NCBI RefSeq assembly: GCF_963853765.1
Contig: NC_088857.1
Location: 33,728,001-33,792,000, forward strand
Length of the DNA: 64,000 nucleotides
DNA from: Magallana gigas
Lineage: Eukaryota
Reading direction: 5' to 3'
A program made the translations under genes and the position numbers. The notes beneath the pieces are model-generated. The model saw only the letters and a program-made list of their open reading frames with translations. It searched no databases and was not told the origin of the DNA. Of this stretch, positions 10,668-23,200 are shown piece by piece. The stretch's first letter is position 1, and each line of letters begins with the position of its first letter.

Positions 10668-13006
10668 TACAATTTCAAATAAAAAAAATCAAATTAAATC
10701 TATTTGATAATGTTATAATACAAGTTTGCAAAAGAACAATTTCTAACTACTTAGTATATTCAGTTTTGAATAGTTTAACAAACGAAAATAATATTGCCTA
10801 AGTTTTGGTGGCATATCGAACCCACAACCTATGAAAAGCCTTGTTCTGTAACAGCTGTTTAAGGTTACCAATGAATGTCTGTGCTCTGACCATCAAGCTA
10901 TTTTAGTCACAAAGTGCGTTGTTTTATTCTGTTTCCGACTTTGGCCACGAATTTGCGAACGTGTATAATTTTTATTAAACATTCATTTGTTAGGATACAA
11001 CATGGTGTTTTAATGTATAGTGGGTCATCTCCCCAGCGTTTGTTGATTGAAATCGGTTTGTTTTTATTATACCTTATTTATACCATGACAAAAATATGAA
11101 GTACAGACCCACTCTGTAAAAGAAAACGCATCGAAGTTCTAAAAAATGGCCGTATTTGGAGGTTTTTATACGGATTCGCCAGTATAAATCAACATATTCC
11201 AAGTATTAAAAATATGCAAGGGTTATTAATGGATGTTATGTTAAATGTACATCGTTTTGGGTTTCATTTTTAATGCTCAGATTTGTTGTTATTTTAATTT
11301 TATAGTATCTTATCTGTCCGTAAATAGGCATTTTTCAAGCCTTATTCACCTACCTTCTTTAAAGAAAGATTGATAGATAGTTTACACGATCTAGTTCTAA
11401 CCAGTTTCACCCCTGCGAATGTTATTGTCATTTAAATTTTAGACCACGTGGTTTTATTTGACCCTTTCAGTTTCGCAGTAAAAATCGTGCCTCGTGTTTA
11501 TAGTCTAGTTCATAGAATCTAGGTACTATAGTAGTCAATTAATAAATCTAGAGGTTTATTGGTTTTAAACTTTATCTTCATTTATTGGTGGATAAAATGT
11601 GTTCTAGAAACAAAAGTTAAAATACAAAAATAGTTGTTGTGTCTGCTGTTGCAACAATTACCATGCTAAGTAGAGATCCCCCCTGAGGATTAGTTTTCGA
11701 TCCGCGCCTGACGTAGTAATAGCATTAATAGCGAAATAGACTATACTATTTCATGCAGAATGTTCCGTGAAAATGACTCGATATACTAAGTTTTTATGCA
11801 AAACAGATATCCATTATTTTTTTTAAAAACATGGTATTGCACACCAAAGCATCAGACATGGATATGATTTTATTAAGCCACGCAATGTTTATATGTTCAA
11901 CCACTCAACACGTGGTTGAACACGAACGATAACTCTGTTCTGTATATTATCGTTTAATATAAAAAAAACCGCTAAATGGTGAAATAAGACATACATATTA
12001 AAAGAGTTTCATGTTTTAACATAAACCAAAGTAGGATATGATATAAAAAACGACCAGAACTTACGTATTTTGAGAATATTATCCGAACACTTATACTTCC
12101 GCTCGAAATTTTACAGGAACTGAACAAATCTCGGTGAAGTCTCGTGAACTTTCATTCGAGCACCTCTGGATTTATTACATACTTAGCAACGATAAAGGAA
12201 ACATTCCGAACACATTCGCAAGGGTGAGTTTATCGATCGGTCGTGACTTCAGCAAGCTAAATATCACGGACTGCTCATGATGATGTTAGATAGTAGATGT
12301 AAATATGTATAAAAAATAAAATGCTTTCTTCGATGATTCATGCGGGTTAGCGACCATTGCAAAAAAACCAAAAAAACTTTTCTACATGTTAATTATGATG
12401 TTTGGTTAATTTCAGACAGCTTTATAATGTGAAGAGAAATGTTATTTTTAATAATTGCTTTTTAAAATTGCATTACTTTAATGGCCAATTTAATGTCAGT
12501 TTTAATTCAAGTAGCTATAACAAATAGTTCTAACATGATTCATTGATATCTTTTTCTTGATCTCCACGGACTGACCCAATCTGGTTGAAGTTACCATGAT
12601 TACCTTCACATTGGCTGTTCCTTTTTGCACACTCTGATACCAGTTTACATACTTTTACTCACTTTCTACTGGCATTTTATTAAATGATTCACAGATAAGT
12701 GTAAATTTTCTGTAAACAATAAATATGCTTTCCTTTGGCTATTTATACGGACTGTAAAGGCTGAAGGCATTGCAGAAAATAGTAAATAACCTGATAACAC
12801 TGTTTATGTATTTTCTCTGCCCCTTGGTAATAAATATTATAGCCTTTAAAATGTTTCACAGCAAAGTTCCCATCTCAGGCACGAAGCACCCCACACTTTT
12901 TTGTGCAGCAATGATTTTTCTTAAATTAACATACAAAAAATTGAATGAACATGGAGTTGCCCCCCCCCCCCCTTTTTATTGGACCATGTAAAAAAATTGA
13001 ATTGAA

Positions 13007-13394
13007 AACAAGAGATGTTTGCGAAACACTTATGCCCCCCTCCCTGTGAAACATCCACAAAGAAAATGTACGTAAACTGCAAATATTTGGAATTTTTCTA
13101 AGTTCAAGGGGCATGACTCTGTCGAAAATGGCTCAATCGTCCCCAATATCAAACTTGACCTAGATATTATCATGATACACCTGTATACCAAATTTAATTG
13201 CAATATGTTTATCCTCTCCTAAGAAAATGAGCGGAAACTGCAAATAACTGGAATTTTTCTACGTCCAAGGGCCATAACTCTGTCGAAAATTGCTCGATTG
13301 TACCCAATATCGAACTTATATTATCATGATAAGTGAATGGAAACTGTTGGTGGACTGCCCGACAGACCGACCTTCTTCGAAGGGGGGCATAATA
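13007..13394 (+). mobile_element. Helentron-like non-autonomous element (HINE type) with ~170 bp satellite-like internal repeats
   Basis: Starts AACAAGAG, two related units (GCAAATAxxTGGAATTTTTCTA..CCAAGGGxCATAACTCTGTCGAAAAT), a GACA/GACC microsatellite and a 3' hairpin CCTTCTTCGAAGGGGGG. Confidence 0.65.
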
Positions 13395-13520
13395 AATATT
13401 GTTTAAATTAAATTTCATAGCTTATTAAAAGTACTTTAAAATTCTTTGATTTTAACCATTTAATGTACCAAATCTCCAAAGAATCTAAAATGACATCTGT
13501 ATTAGGATATGTTGTATCAT

Positions 13521-13830
13521 ATAAGGAATAATTCTTTGAGTATTATGAGGTGATAATTTAGGCCGGGGCGTGATCAAATCCAATAAAGCCCGAAGGGCTT
13601 TATGATAGATTTGATCACGCCCCTACCGAAATTATCATCTCATAATATTCAAAGAATGATTCCTTATTACTTATATTTATATAATTTTAAGCCATCGTAT
13701 GATTAAATATTTAAATATAAATAAGCAAACCCCTCCGGCGCCTCAATTTGGCGTCATTTTTATTATGGGTTATATAGTACAAAATCGATACGTAGTGTTA
13801 TCACAGACAAAGACACTGGATAATGTATAT
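13521..13830. repeat. Non-autonomous element with a ~147 bp near-perfect hairpin
   Basis: 13521-13667 folds on itself (ATAAGGAATAATTCTTTGAGTATTATGAGG..CTCATAATATTCAAAGAATGATTCCTTAT) around the loop GCCCGAAGGGC. Superfamily uncertain (Crypton- or Helitron-type) and right boundary approximate. Confidence 0.6.
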
Positions 13831-14000
13831 ATATACTGGTATGTATTGTAATACATTTACATGTATTGAAGTAAATAGGGCTACTCAGAATTAGTACCCA
13901 CTTTGTTGAATGAAAACAAGTTTTGAAAATTTTGCATTTTTTTCCTTTTTTATTTGGGATTTTTTTTCCTTTCACATAAAATAAACTGTGATTTTTCTTC

Positions 14001-16881
14001 TCAGTCGAAGAGACCTGAAAAAGAGGAGATATATGATATGGTATAATTTTGTCTAATTTTCTGATATAGCAAATTTCATTTAATATAAATCAATTATCAT
14101 GGTTATATTGTTAGAAATTTGTTTTACTTTCTTAGAGATTAATTAATGAACAAATTTGGACCCTGCAGAACAAAACAAGTTCTCACCAAATCCCATGTCC
14201 TCATCAGACTCAGATTCCTCTTTCTTCTCCTCTTTCTTGGCAGCTAAAAATAAAAGATTAATTTCTTACTTGTTAACAATAAAACTCTCTACTTGAAATA
14301 CTTAAACCTTTTTATTTTTCATTTTTAGGTCCAACAATATTGTGTGCTATTGTAAAAGTGCGTAAAAGTGCAATTTGCACACTGCAATCCTTTAGTCTGC
14401 TAGTCACTTTTGGAGACTCTCAACTTTCTGCTTCATGGGGGTTTTTTGGGGTTTTTTTTTTTTACAGCAATTTATCCCATACCAATAATGTGTGCCCTAA
14501 TAAAACATATTTTATCAAATTTCTTGAAACTGGAAACTCCCTCCCTCAATATATTAATTTTTTCCCAACCTGATCTCCACATTCATTCATGTTTGCTTTA
14601 CAGTTTGATCACCCCTCCCCCAACCAACAACTTAATAAAATTGTTGAATTTGCCCCCTTCCCCTACCAAAAACAAATTCTATAAATGTTCCCAGTTTGAC
14701 TTGACATCCCCTCTCCTATCGTGACTTTTTCCCCCAGCAGATCCCTTTTACATCCATCTGATTTCTTCCTACTTCGATTTTCTCTTTCATCCAATAGTTT
14801 TTCCCAATTTGGACCCAAACCAAAATTCTACCAATTTCCTTCAGTTTGATACCCCTTCCCTTTCTATCCATCTGATTTCTCTCCTGGTTTTGTGTTCCTA
14901 TGTTACCTTTCTTGTCATCAGCTGGGGCAGCAGCCTGGGCGGCTGGGGCAGCAGCTGCAGCTGGAGCGGCTCCTGCACCACTAGAGATGTTGGAGATCAT
15001 CTCCTTTACGTTAACACCATCAAGGGCCTTGGAGAACAGTGCTGTAATAATTTTAAATGTCAAATTAGTGACTACGTTGATAAACAGCATCACAATATGA
15101 CCAAAACAAGTCATTACAAAGAAGGCATTTACATTAAAGGAGACCTAGATTGAGACATCTTTTGGATGGTTAAGCACTTGACAAAGAATTTTAAGGTAAA
15201 ACCCTAATTACATTCAATTGATAACAGTGGAGCAAGTATTTCGTCAAAAAATTCCATACATATACGTACATGGCCAGTATGGTTCAACAGACACTCCAGC
15301 AGCCTTCAAGATGGTTGCAATTTTATCACTCTGAAATGGACAAAAATTTAAGATGAAAGCAACATCAACAGCAAATGCAGGTTTTTTAAAACATACTAAT
15401 AATGATAAGGGAAATTAAAATATTCCCAAGGCAATAGCCCTGATAATTCTGGGTTTGAGTGTTAACTGCATCAGAATCTTCTATGGTCCGATTTGTGAAA
15501 AAAGTATCTTATTTTTTTCACTTCTTATATATGTACATTGTTTTATTATGATTTCATTTCTTCAAATCTAGATACTTTATTTGCAAAAACGAGAAGAAAG
15601 TTTACCAGGTTTATGACAAGAACTTTCAATTTTCTTAATCGTTTTGTCATATATATTTATGTAGTAAAAGTAGAAATTTTCTGCATGCTTAAAAAATACA
15701 TATAATTTTACATTTAATATCAATTGTGATTGTTAGACTGAGGTGAATATCAACACTATACTCTGTCCCAAGATATTTTGGATTCACGTTTGGACGATTT
15801 TTAATAAAAATACACTTACCTGTGAAAGAAGTGCAATTGAAATAGTTGAAAGGGATATTTTCCAAGATAATTTCATTGACACATTATTATCTTTCACTCG
15901 GAAAAATTCACAGGAACGAAAACAGATTCCTTACGGAGATTTATAATGGGGAATGTTTACATCTTTTCTCCATTCGGAATACAATCGGAATACATCGCGC
16001 AATATTTCAACGTTATCATCCGGGCTTGCTGCAATGCAAAATCTCCGTAGACATCACAGTTTTTAGCATTGTATTGAAACGTGATAAGCTAAAAGGGGCG
16101 TATTGACTGAGAAATCTTGGAAATTTTTCATACTTTTGATTGAACATCGTTTGGATCCTGAGGTATTTATAAATATCAAACAATTAAGCCAAACGTGAAT
16201 CCAAAATATCTTGGGACAGAGTATAGATGGTCAAGTTGGTAAAGCAACCTGACTAGTATTTCAGGGGGCCTTGGTTCAAATCCTTGTCTTGTCAGTCATT
16301 ATTTCTCACAAACCGTAACATTAAGTGCTGTGCAATTCCCTTGAACTGACAGGTCAACTCCTGCCAGGGGAAAGAGCTTACGGTGATCATCAAAGGCAGA
16401 GATTAATTTCTGGCCATATATGACATGACAAGGCCTGGTGTTTAGTTTTAAGTATGGGAGCATTTTCTTCATTTTCATATCAACTTATTTTCAAAAAAAT
16501 TAAAACTTCAGATTCCTGTATGAGGCAGTGTAATATCTGCCCTCAGAACAGTTTGATTAACCATGTGTCTTCTACAGAATACTCTGTGCCACCATGTGGG
16601 TTAGTTCGAATTTCCTCTGTTTACAAACTAAAATTACGTACATGTCTTATAAGAGATTTACTACGACACCTTTCTACATATTGACAGGTAATGGAACACA
16701 TTGCATAAGACTAAGAAAGCCATCAAAGTGTCAGGCTAGTTACAAACATATACATCAAATCTCGTATAAAACTTTTTACCGAAACATCATATCGACGGTG
16801 GGTACTTACAGTGATCGCAACTTGGTCGTCAGCGAGAATCAAAGCTGCATAAACGCAGGCAAGTTCGTCCGAAGATGCCAT
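14001..16881 (-). CDS. RPLP1: 60S acidic ribosomal protein P1, 5 coding exons, 112 aa
   Basis: Exons 16810-16881, 15270-15330, 14907-15041, 14187-14243 and 14001-14014, all GT-AG, total 339 nt. MASSDELACVYAALILADDQVAIT..EPYWPSLFSKAL..AAPAA..EESESDEDMGFGLFD*. Confidence 0.97.
15761..16221. mobile_element. MITE with TA duplication (Tc1/mariner-like) in RPLP1 intron 1
   Basis: Perfect ~32 bp TIRs CTCTGTCCCAAGATATTTTGGATTCACGTTT flanked by TA. Confidence 0.8.
16224..16440 (+). mobile_element. Degenerate tRNA-derived SINE-like repeat
   Basis: A-box-like TGGTCAAGTTGG and B-box GGTTCAAATCC followed by a non-tRNA body. End approximate. Confidence 0.55.
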
Positions 16882-17244
16882 TGTATTTATTTATGTCTTG
16901 GTTTTTATCTGATGCCTTAGTAAAACAGTGTAAGTCGCCGGATTGGCCTTAGCTCTTTTGAGAACTGTACACTTTACGAAGGAATTGTCGGAAAGGGCCG
17001 GAAATTAGCTTACAATCTCTAATAAAAACGATTTGTTATTTGTTATTAAAATAATCAAATAAATACCACTTTCCCCACACTTAAGAAACCCGTTTCTCTA
17101 TTTACAAAAATTAATGTAATACTAGTCAAAGAATTAGATTTCTTTTCTTAAAATTTTATTTAAAATATTTATTAGAGAATGTATAGGAATCTATATAATG
17201 TTTAGATCCGATATCGATCCATCTCCGGTGAGCAAATTATCAAC
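16882..17244. promoter_or_regulatory. Divergent promoter region RPLP1/TXNDC5
   Basis: Start codons 363 bp apart and head-to-head. TCT/TOP-like CCTTTCC on the minus strand (16990-16996) next to an ETS-like CCGGAA. Confidence 0.65.
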
Positions 17245-20200
17245 ATGCAAAACGTGTGCATTTTTGTTTTAGCGATACTTTTTTGTCAAGTTGCGCCTGA
17301 TTCTGATCATGGAGATGCGGTTATAAATTATACATCCGAAGACTTTGATGCTGCTTTAGAACAATCTAAACTTTTCGTGATGTTTTATGCGCCTTGGTAA
17401 GTATGGTTAAAACAAAATTCTCCGAATTTCCTCGAAAAGTGTAAATAAATCAACGCAAAATAAATTTAAATTATTTAGATAAAATATTGATTTTTAAAAA
17501 AAAGAAAACCGATGTGCTCCATATTTTTTACAGAATGCTAAATAGTGGTAAGAAATTTAAAAAACGTATGCAACATCATAGCGTTAAATTACTGCAGTTG
17601 TAAACTGGTTGAAATTTATTAAATGTACACATTTTTTTTATATGACCATGCAGATATGTCTCAATTATTTTAGACCTTAGTAAATTCATTTCATTGTTTA
17701 AAACTGCTATATCGGGATATATGAATTTGACAATGGAGAATCAATGATATAAATATACTTTACAATTTGACCCTGATAAGTTCAGATCAATAGGATTATA
17801 GAATGTGTTACAGTTCATTTAAATGTCTTGAAGTGTGGTTTCTTAACCTTTGTCAATACTTATACATTAGCAAGAGTTTTAACAATCCTATAATCAATTC
17901 ACCTATTGCAACTTTCTTTTTTTTTAAGTATGTTTTTTCTAATGGGATAGAATTCTTAAAACTTTGTGTACATTAGTGTAATCATGTTGATATGACTGAG
18001 CACTAGTATTTAATAATTATGAATTTTGTTTCTGTATTTTTCATTAATTGTATTGTTTATTTTTCATTAAACATGTGACGTATACTTCAGCAAGTTCATA
18101 TAAAATAGCAATATACCCCAACTAATTATAACAGGTGGCTCTAATCATAGATAGTACTGCTTTTACTCAGTCCTTATGGTAATTTACGATCAGTTCACCT
18201 ACAGGGCACAGTGTATAACACTTTCTCATTTTACCCAATCCAGAAGTCGATGCTCTCTGGTTTATTGTGATTTGCTCTTCATGTCTAAAGATTGATATTA
18301 CCTGAGGGAGCAAATCATTTCTAATGCACTAATACCGGTTATTTACCTACAGTATTACATGTATTTAACTGTTAGAGACTTGATTATATATACATCTTAC
18401 TAATCTTCTTTCTAATTTTTTGAATATTTACCTGGTATCATTATGTAACTACTGATGATAATTTCTTTGTTTTGATAGATCAACAATACAGTCATGTATA
18501 TAGATATTGAATGTAAATATTAATCAAATAATGTTGGATGCTTCTAACACCAAATTTTACTTCATGAAATGATTTAGATACAAATTTTATGCATGCAGTT
18601 TAAGAAAATTTATTAATCTGATAATTAAAAGTGTTTGATTTAATTGTCACCTGGCATGGTCTCCAAAATTTTTTGACCATAAAATAAAAAAGATGGCCAT
18701 ATTGTGGGGGGAAATATGAAAAATATTCAATGACATATGTTGAATTATCAAAAATGAAATGTACATGTACATGTAATTTACCTTCAACTTTGAAACAACT
18801 GATTTTTTAAAATTAACCAATTAGATAAAATACACCCAAAACTGCTTTTAAAAGCAATTCTTTTTTTGCACTGAATATCTCACAAAAATACACAAAGAGC
18901 AGCAAAATATTCTCCTGCCAGCCGTGGATGACTAGTAAGTTCTGTCAGATCATATTACACACCGCACACCCCTCCCCTATCCCTCTTTGAACACACATTG
19001 TTAAAAGCATTTATACTATAAAGTATAAAAATGGTTTCTCACTCATGTTTCTGTGTACCAATAGGAAAAGAAATAGACAACTTGACATCATTTTACAAAT
19101 ATGAGCCATGTACATATATATATCATATTCTACCACTGTCAGTGTGATTCTTCCCCCTCTCAGCTCCACCTTTTTAGCTCATCCGAACTGAGGGCTAAGG
19201 TAGATTTATGTTTGTTGTAACCATGATCATCGGGGTAAGGTGGGGCCACGATTGGGGGTCAAATTTTTTACATAGGAATATATAGAGAAAAATCCTTAAA
19301 AATCTTGTTCTAAGAAACCAATGGAACAGAAAAACTGAAACTTGTGTGAAAGCATCCCCAGGATGGGTAGTTTCAAGTTTGTTCAAATCATGATATCCAG
19401 GGTAGGGTGGGGTCACAACGAGGTGGGAGGGGGACAAATTTTTACATAGTCATAGTAATATAGAGAGAAAAATCTTTAAAAATCTTTTATAAAAACCCAT
19501 TTGTCTAGAAAAGCTGTGAACGTAGGATTGATGATGGTTGTGTAAATAATGTCATATGTTGCTAATGATTATTAGAATAAGGATAGCTTGAATACGAAAT
19601 TGATGCATTAAGTATTTCAAAGGATTGCTGATTATTTTAACATCGTTATAATGTACAATTCATTAACTTTTTTGTATTTATAAACAAACTTCTTGACAGC
19701 CATAGGCCTTACTGTACTGTGAGTGATTATATTCCAGTAATATAACTATTATATGAACTTCATTGCATGGTCAATATTTGGTTTTGTTATATTCAGTAGT
19801 ATATTCTCACTATATAACTCTATATAGACAAATAGTCAATAACTGTAATATTAGCTCGTCCGAAAAATATTGACCGGTCAATATTTTTTTGATATTGACT
19901 GGCTAGGAATAATATCTAGAGAACATTCCCTCTATTTCAAATAATCGCCTCTGATTTGTTGATTCGTAAACGATGACGTAAATAACTCTTCGCGACTCCA
20001 AAACAAGGTGACGTCATAATAGACAGTCAGTCAAGGCAAGTAAACAACGGACGCGCAATGCGACGGTTTGCTATCATAACGGATATAAGGATTTGCGAAT
20101 TACTGTGAAGTAAAATCAGGTAGAACATCTGTATTTTAATTCTTCCGGTCGGCGGAATATCACCAGTGACCGTTTTATGCTGAGGATATTTTGGAAATGA

Positions 20201-23200
20201 ACTTTGCACAAAATTGAATTCGTGAATTCTTTGTTGAGCTGAGAAAATTACGGCGATCTGTTTTCAATTACTTTCTTAAATTTTGGTTTGTTTCTTCATA
20301 TAACAAAACAAATGTTGACTGTGTTTTCGGGCAACATTGATTATATTAGCCCCCTTGGGACGAAAATATTGCCCTCCGCTTCGCGTCGGGCAATATTTCG
20401 TCCCTCGGGGGCTAATATAATCAATGTTGCCCTCAACCCCAGTCAATATTTGTATAATATGAACCCATGTCAAATGATATCGACCTCAGACACAAAAAGT
20501 GATATCAACCTTGCAAGCTCGGTCGATATCACTTTCTGTGTCTTCAGTCGATAGCACTTGACATGGGTCCATAAAACCACATATCGACCTTCAATGAAGT
20601 CGATAGTTGTAAAGTATCTGTCATACACATTTGACTGTTGAGGCCATGGGCGTCTTGTTCATGAATTTCCCCCATTGTCAAATTATGTTTCTTTATTTTT
20701 TGCAAGAAACACAACTTAATCATCAGTCCAGATGGCATGGTTTCTATTTTCTCAAGAAAATATAATGTTTATTCTGACTGATAAAACATTTCCTTGATTT
20801 AAGTAATTTACTGGTACGAAACAGAAATGCACTTTGTACATGCTTTTACTAGCACTAACCCTTTAACTCAGTTGGTAGAATGTTGTTTTTTAAAACAAGG
20901 GGCCTCGAGTTTGAGCTCTCATGTGGTCATTCCCATAATTGTTACGGTACAAATGTACTTTTTTTCAGGTGTGGCCATTGCAAAAGATTGTCACCAACAT
21001 GGAATGAGTTGGCAAAATTATATAACCCATTGTTGGATCAAACGCTTATCATTGGGAAGGTATGTTTATTTGTGAAATAATTTTTGTTGTTAAATTATTG
21101 AGTACCGCTTATGCACTGCTACAGTAGCTTGATTTATAATATTGCAATCTATTCTGGAGAAAATTCTGACAGTCCCAATGGTTGCACTTTAATCAATAAA
21201 AATTTATTAGTTTTTACTCATTAATGCAATGCCAATGGTTTCATTTGCAGTTGACAATTTCCAATATGTGCATAATTCTGCATTTAAAAAGTCAAGTTTG
21301 CTCAATGCTGTTGAAAAATATCATGCAATTTCACAATTGACAAATTTAATGTGTACTTTTTCAATTGTAAAGTGTATTAAAATATAAAATTTTGATAAGG
21401 GAACTTGCACCTTGCTTTAATTCCATAATCCGCTATCATCAATTATAAGTTTATTTTACAAGGTTTTTTCTGCAATAGGTACACATACTGTACATTTTAT
21501 GGGTACAAATTACATGTACATAGGGGGGAAAAAGGGCACCTGTTTATGATATTAGTTATTTTAGTGTACCTGTTTATGAAATTGGTTATTTTTGGGCACC
21601 TGTTTATGAAATTGGTTATTTTTGGGCACCTGTTTATGAAATTGGTTATTTTAGGGTACCTGTTTATGAAATAATTAATTTAACTTAAAGGTGCCTGTAT
21701 ATGAAATGAGTTATTTAGGGCACCTGTTTTTAAAATTAGTTACTTTTTTTAGGGTATCTGTATATGAGACTAGTTATTTTAGGGCACCTGTATATGAGAC
21801 TAGTTATTTTAGGGCACCTGTTTATGAAATTAGTTATTTTAGGGCACCTGTTTATGAAATTAGTTATTTTAGGGCACCTGTATATGAAATGAGTTATTTT
21901 AGGGCACCTGTTTATGATATTTGATGCCTTTGTTTAGGTGGATTGTACTGTGGAAACAGCCCTTTGTGCCAAACATGAAATCACTGGTTATCCCACACTG
22001 AAGTTCTTCCATGACAAGTACTCCGAAGTCGTTCGTTACAAGTCTGCCAGAGATATACAGTCACTGAATAACTTCATAGAGGAGCAGCTATCAAATGTAG
22101 GTGTCTGATGGTAGCTATTCATTTTAATATATACTGTAGATTCCTTATTAAACGGGAGGAATTATTATTCGCGTAAAATCGCCAGAAGCACCCTTCACAG
22201 ATTTTAGAATCTTGCCATTATTATCTGAGGGTTTAGAACTATAACAAATAAGGAGAAAAGTTCCACGTTTGCGATTTTATATTCTTGCGATTTGATACAA
22301 ACTAGCGTCATCCCGGAATTAAGTACTCACGTAATATAAGGAATTTACAGTATTTAATTAGTGTAAAGGTAAAGAGAAAGCTTTTTAGGACATTGATTTA
22401 AATGTTTTATGGATCTGTTCGAGTTATAGATTGTGATATACCAGTAAAACTTCTCTTTTAAATGGGCTAAGATTGGATATTGATAGGAAATAAATTTTCA
22501 TTTTGATTAAGAAAAAGTATCATCATTTCAAATTGCTAACAGTGCAGAGCAACTACAGTGATCTTAGCAAAGTAAATGTGCTTTGTTGGACTTTCCTCAA
22601 AATCTATTAGGCACAAGTGTAGCATTAAAACTCTGATTTTCACAAAATCCATGAAAACCGATACCTGTGAAAGTTAATGAAAGCACTGTATAGATTGCTT
22701 CATTCTTACAGTCCCCTGAAAAACCGGAGGCCAAAGTATCCACGGGAGGGCTGTTTGACCTCACCGATGACTCCTTCCCCAAACACATTGAAACGGGTAG
22801 CCACTTCATTAAATTTTATGCCCCCTGGTGTGGACACTGCAAGCGACTGGCCCCCACGTGGGAGGATCTGGCCATGCAGTATGTGGGTCAGGAGGATGTG
22901 TCTGTTGCCAAGGTAACCCCACTGTTTTAATTTGAGTTGAGTGAATTACTAGTACATGTTTGATAAATGTGTGTAAGTTTGTTATACATGTATAAATTGG
23001 CAGTGCAAACCTCAATGTTCTTTTTAGAATTTTAATTCTATTATTTTACCTTGCATAAATTTTTGAATTATTTTGCTAGAGCTTATATGCCTTGCCTGGA
23101 AATAAGCAAGCACATTGATTAAATGAAAACCACAAATCGGGCCTATATTTATTTTTACATATTTCAGGTTGACTGTACAATTCATAGAGCTACATGTGAC

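Larger units (their letters stand above)
4562..11358. mobile_element. ~1.5 kb foldback (long palindromic) element, probably Kolobok-like, interrupted by the DIRS insertion
   Basis: 4562-5351 and 10668-11358 join into a diverged inverted repeat centred near 5295. Matching blocks: ATAAGATACTATAAAATTAAAATA (~4607) / TATTTTAATTTTATAGTATCTTAT (~11290), GAGATGACCCACTATA (~4897) / TATAGTGGGTCATCTC (~11016), AACTTGTATTATAACATTA (5181) / TAATGTTATAATACAAGTT (~10708). Right end ..CCTTCT|TTAA, left TTAA decayed. Confidence 0.7.

Noticed and set aside
14716-15153. Track ORFs 14716-15114, 14809-15153 and 14900-15100
   Set aside because: Read-through or antisense of RPLP1 exon 3 into introns.
15042-15480. 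Further snoRNA candidates in RPLP1 introns 1 and 2
   Set aside because: An ACA-like end is present but no correctly placed H box or C/D pair was found.
20027-20554. Near-identical small ORFs here and at 52183-52635
   Set aside because: Explained by two copies of a non-coding palindromic repeat, with no domain signature.
21533-21920. CRISPR-like appearance of the 30 bp array (also the 49 bp array at 57061-57389)
   Set aside because: Head-to-tail units without unique spacers, eukaryotic intron context and no cas genes.
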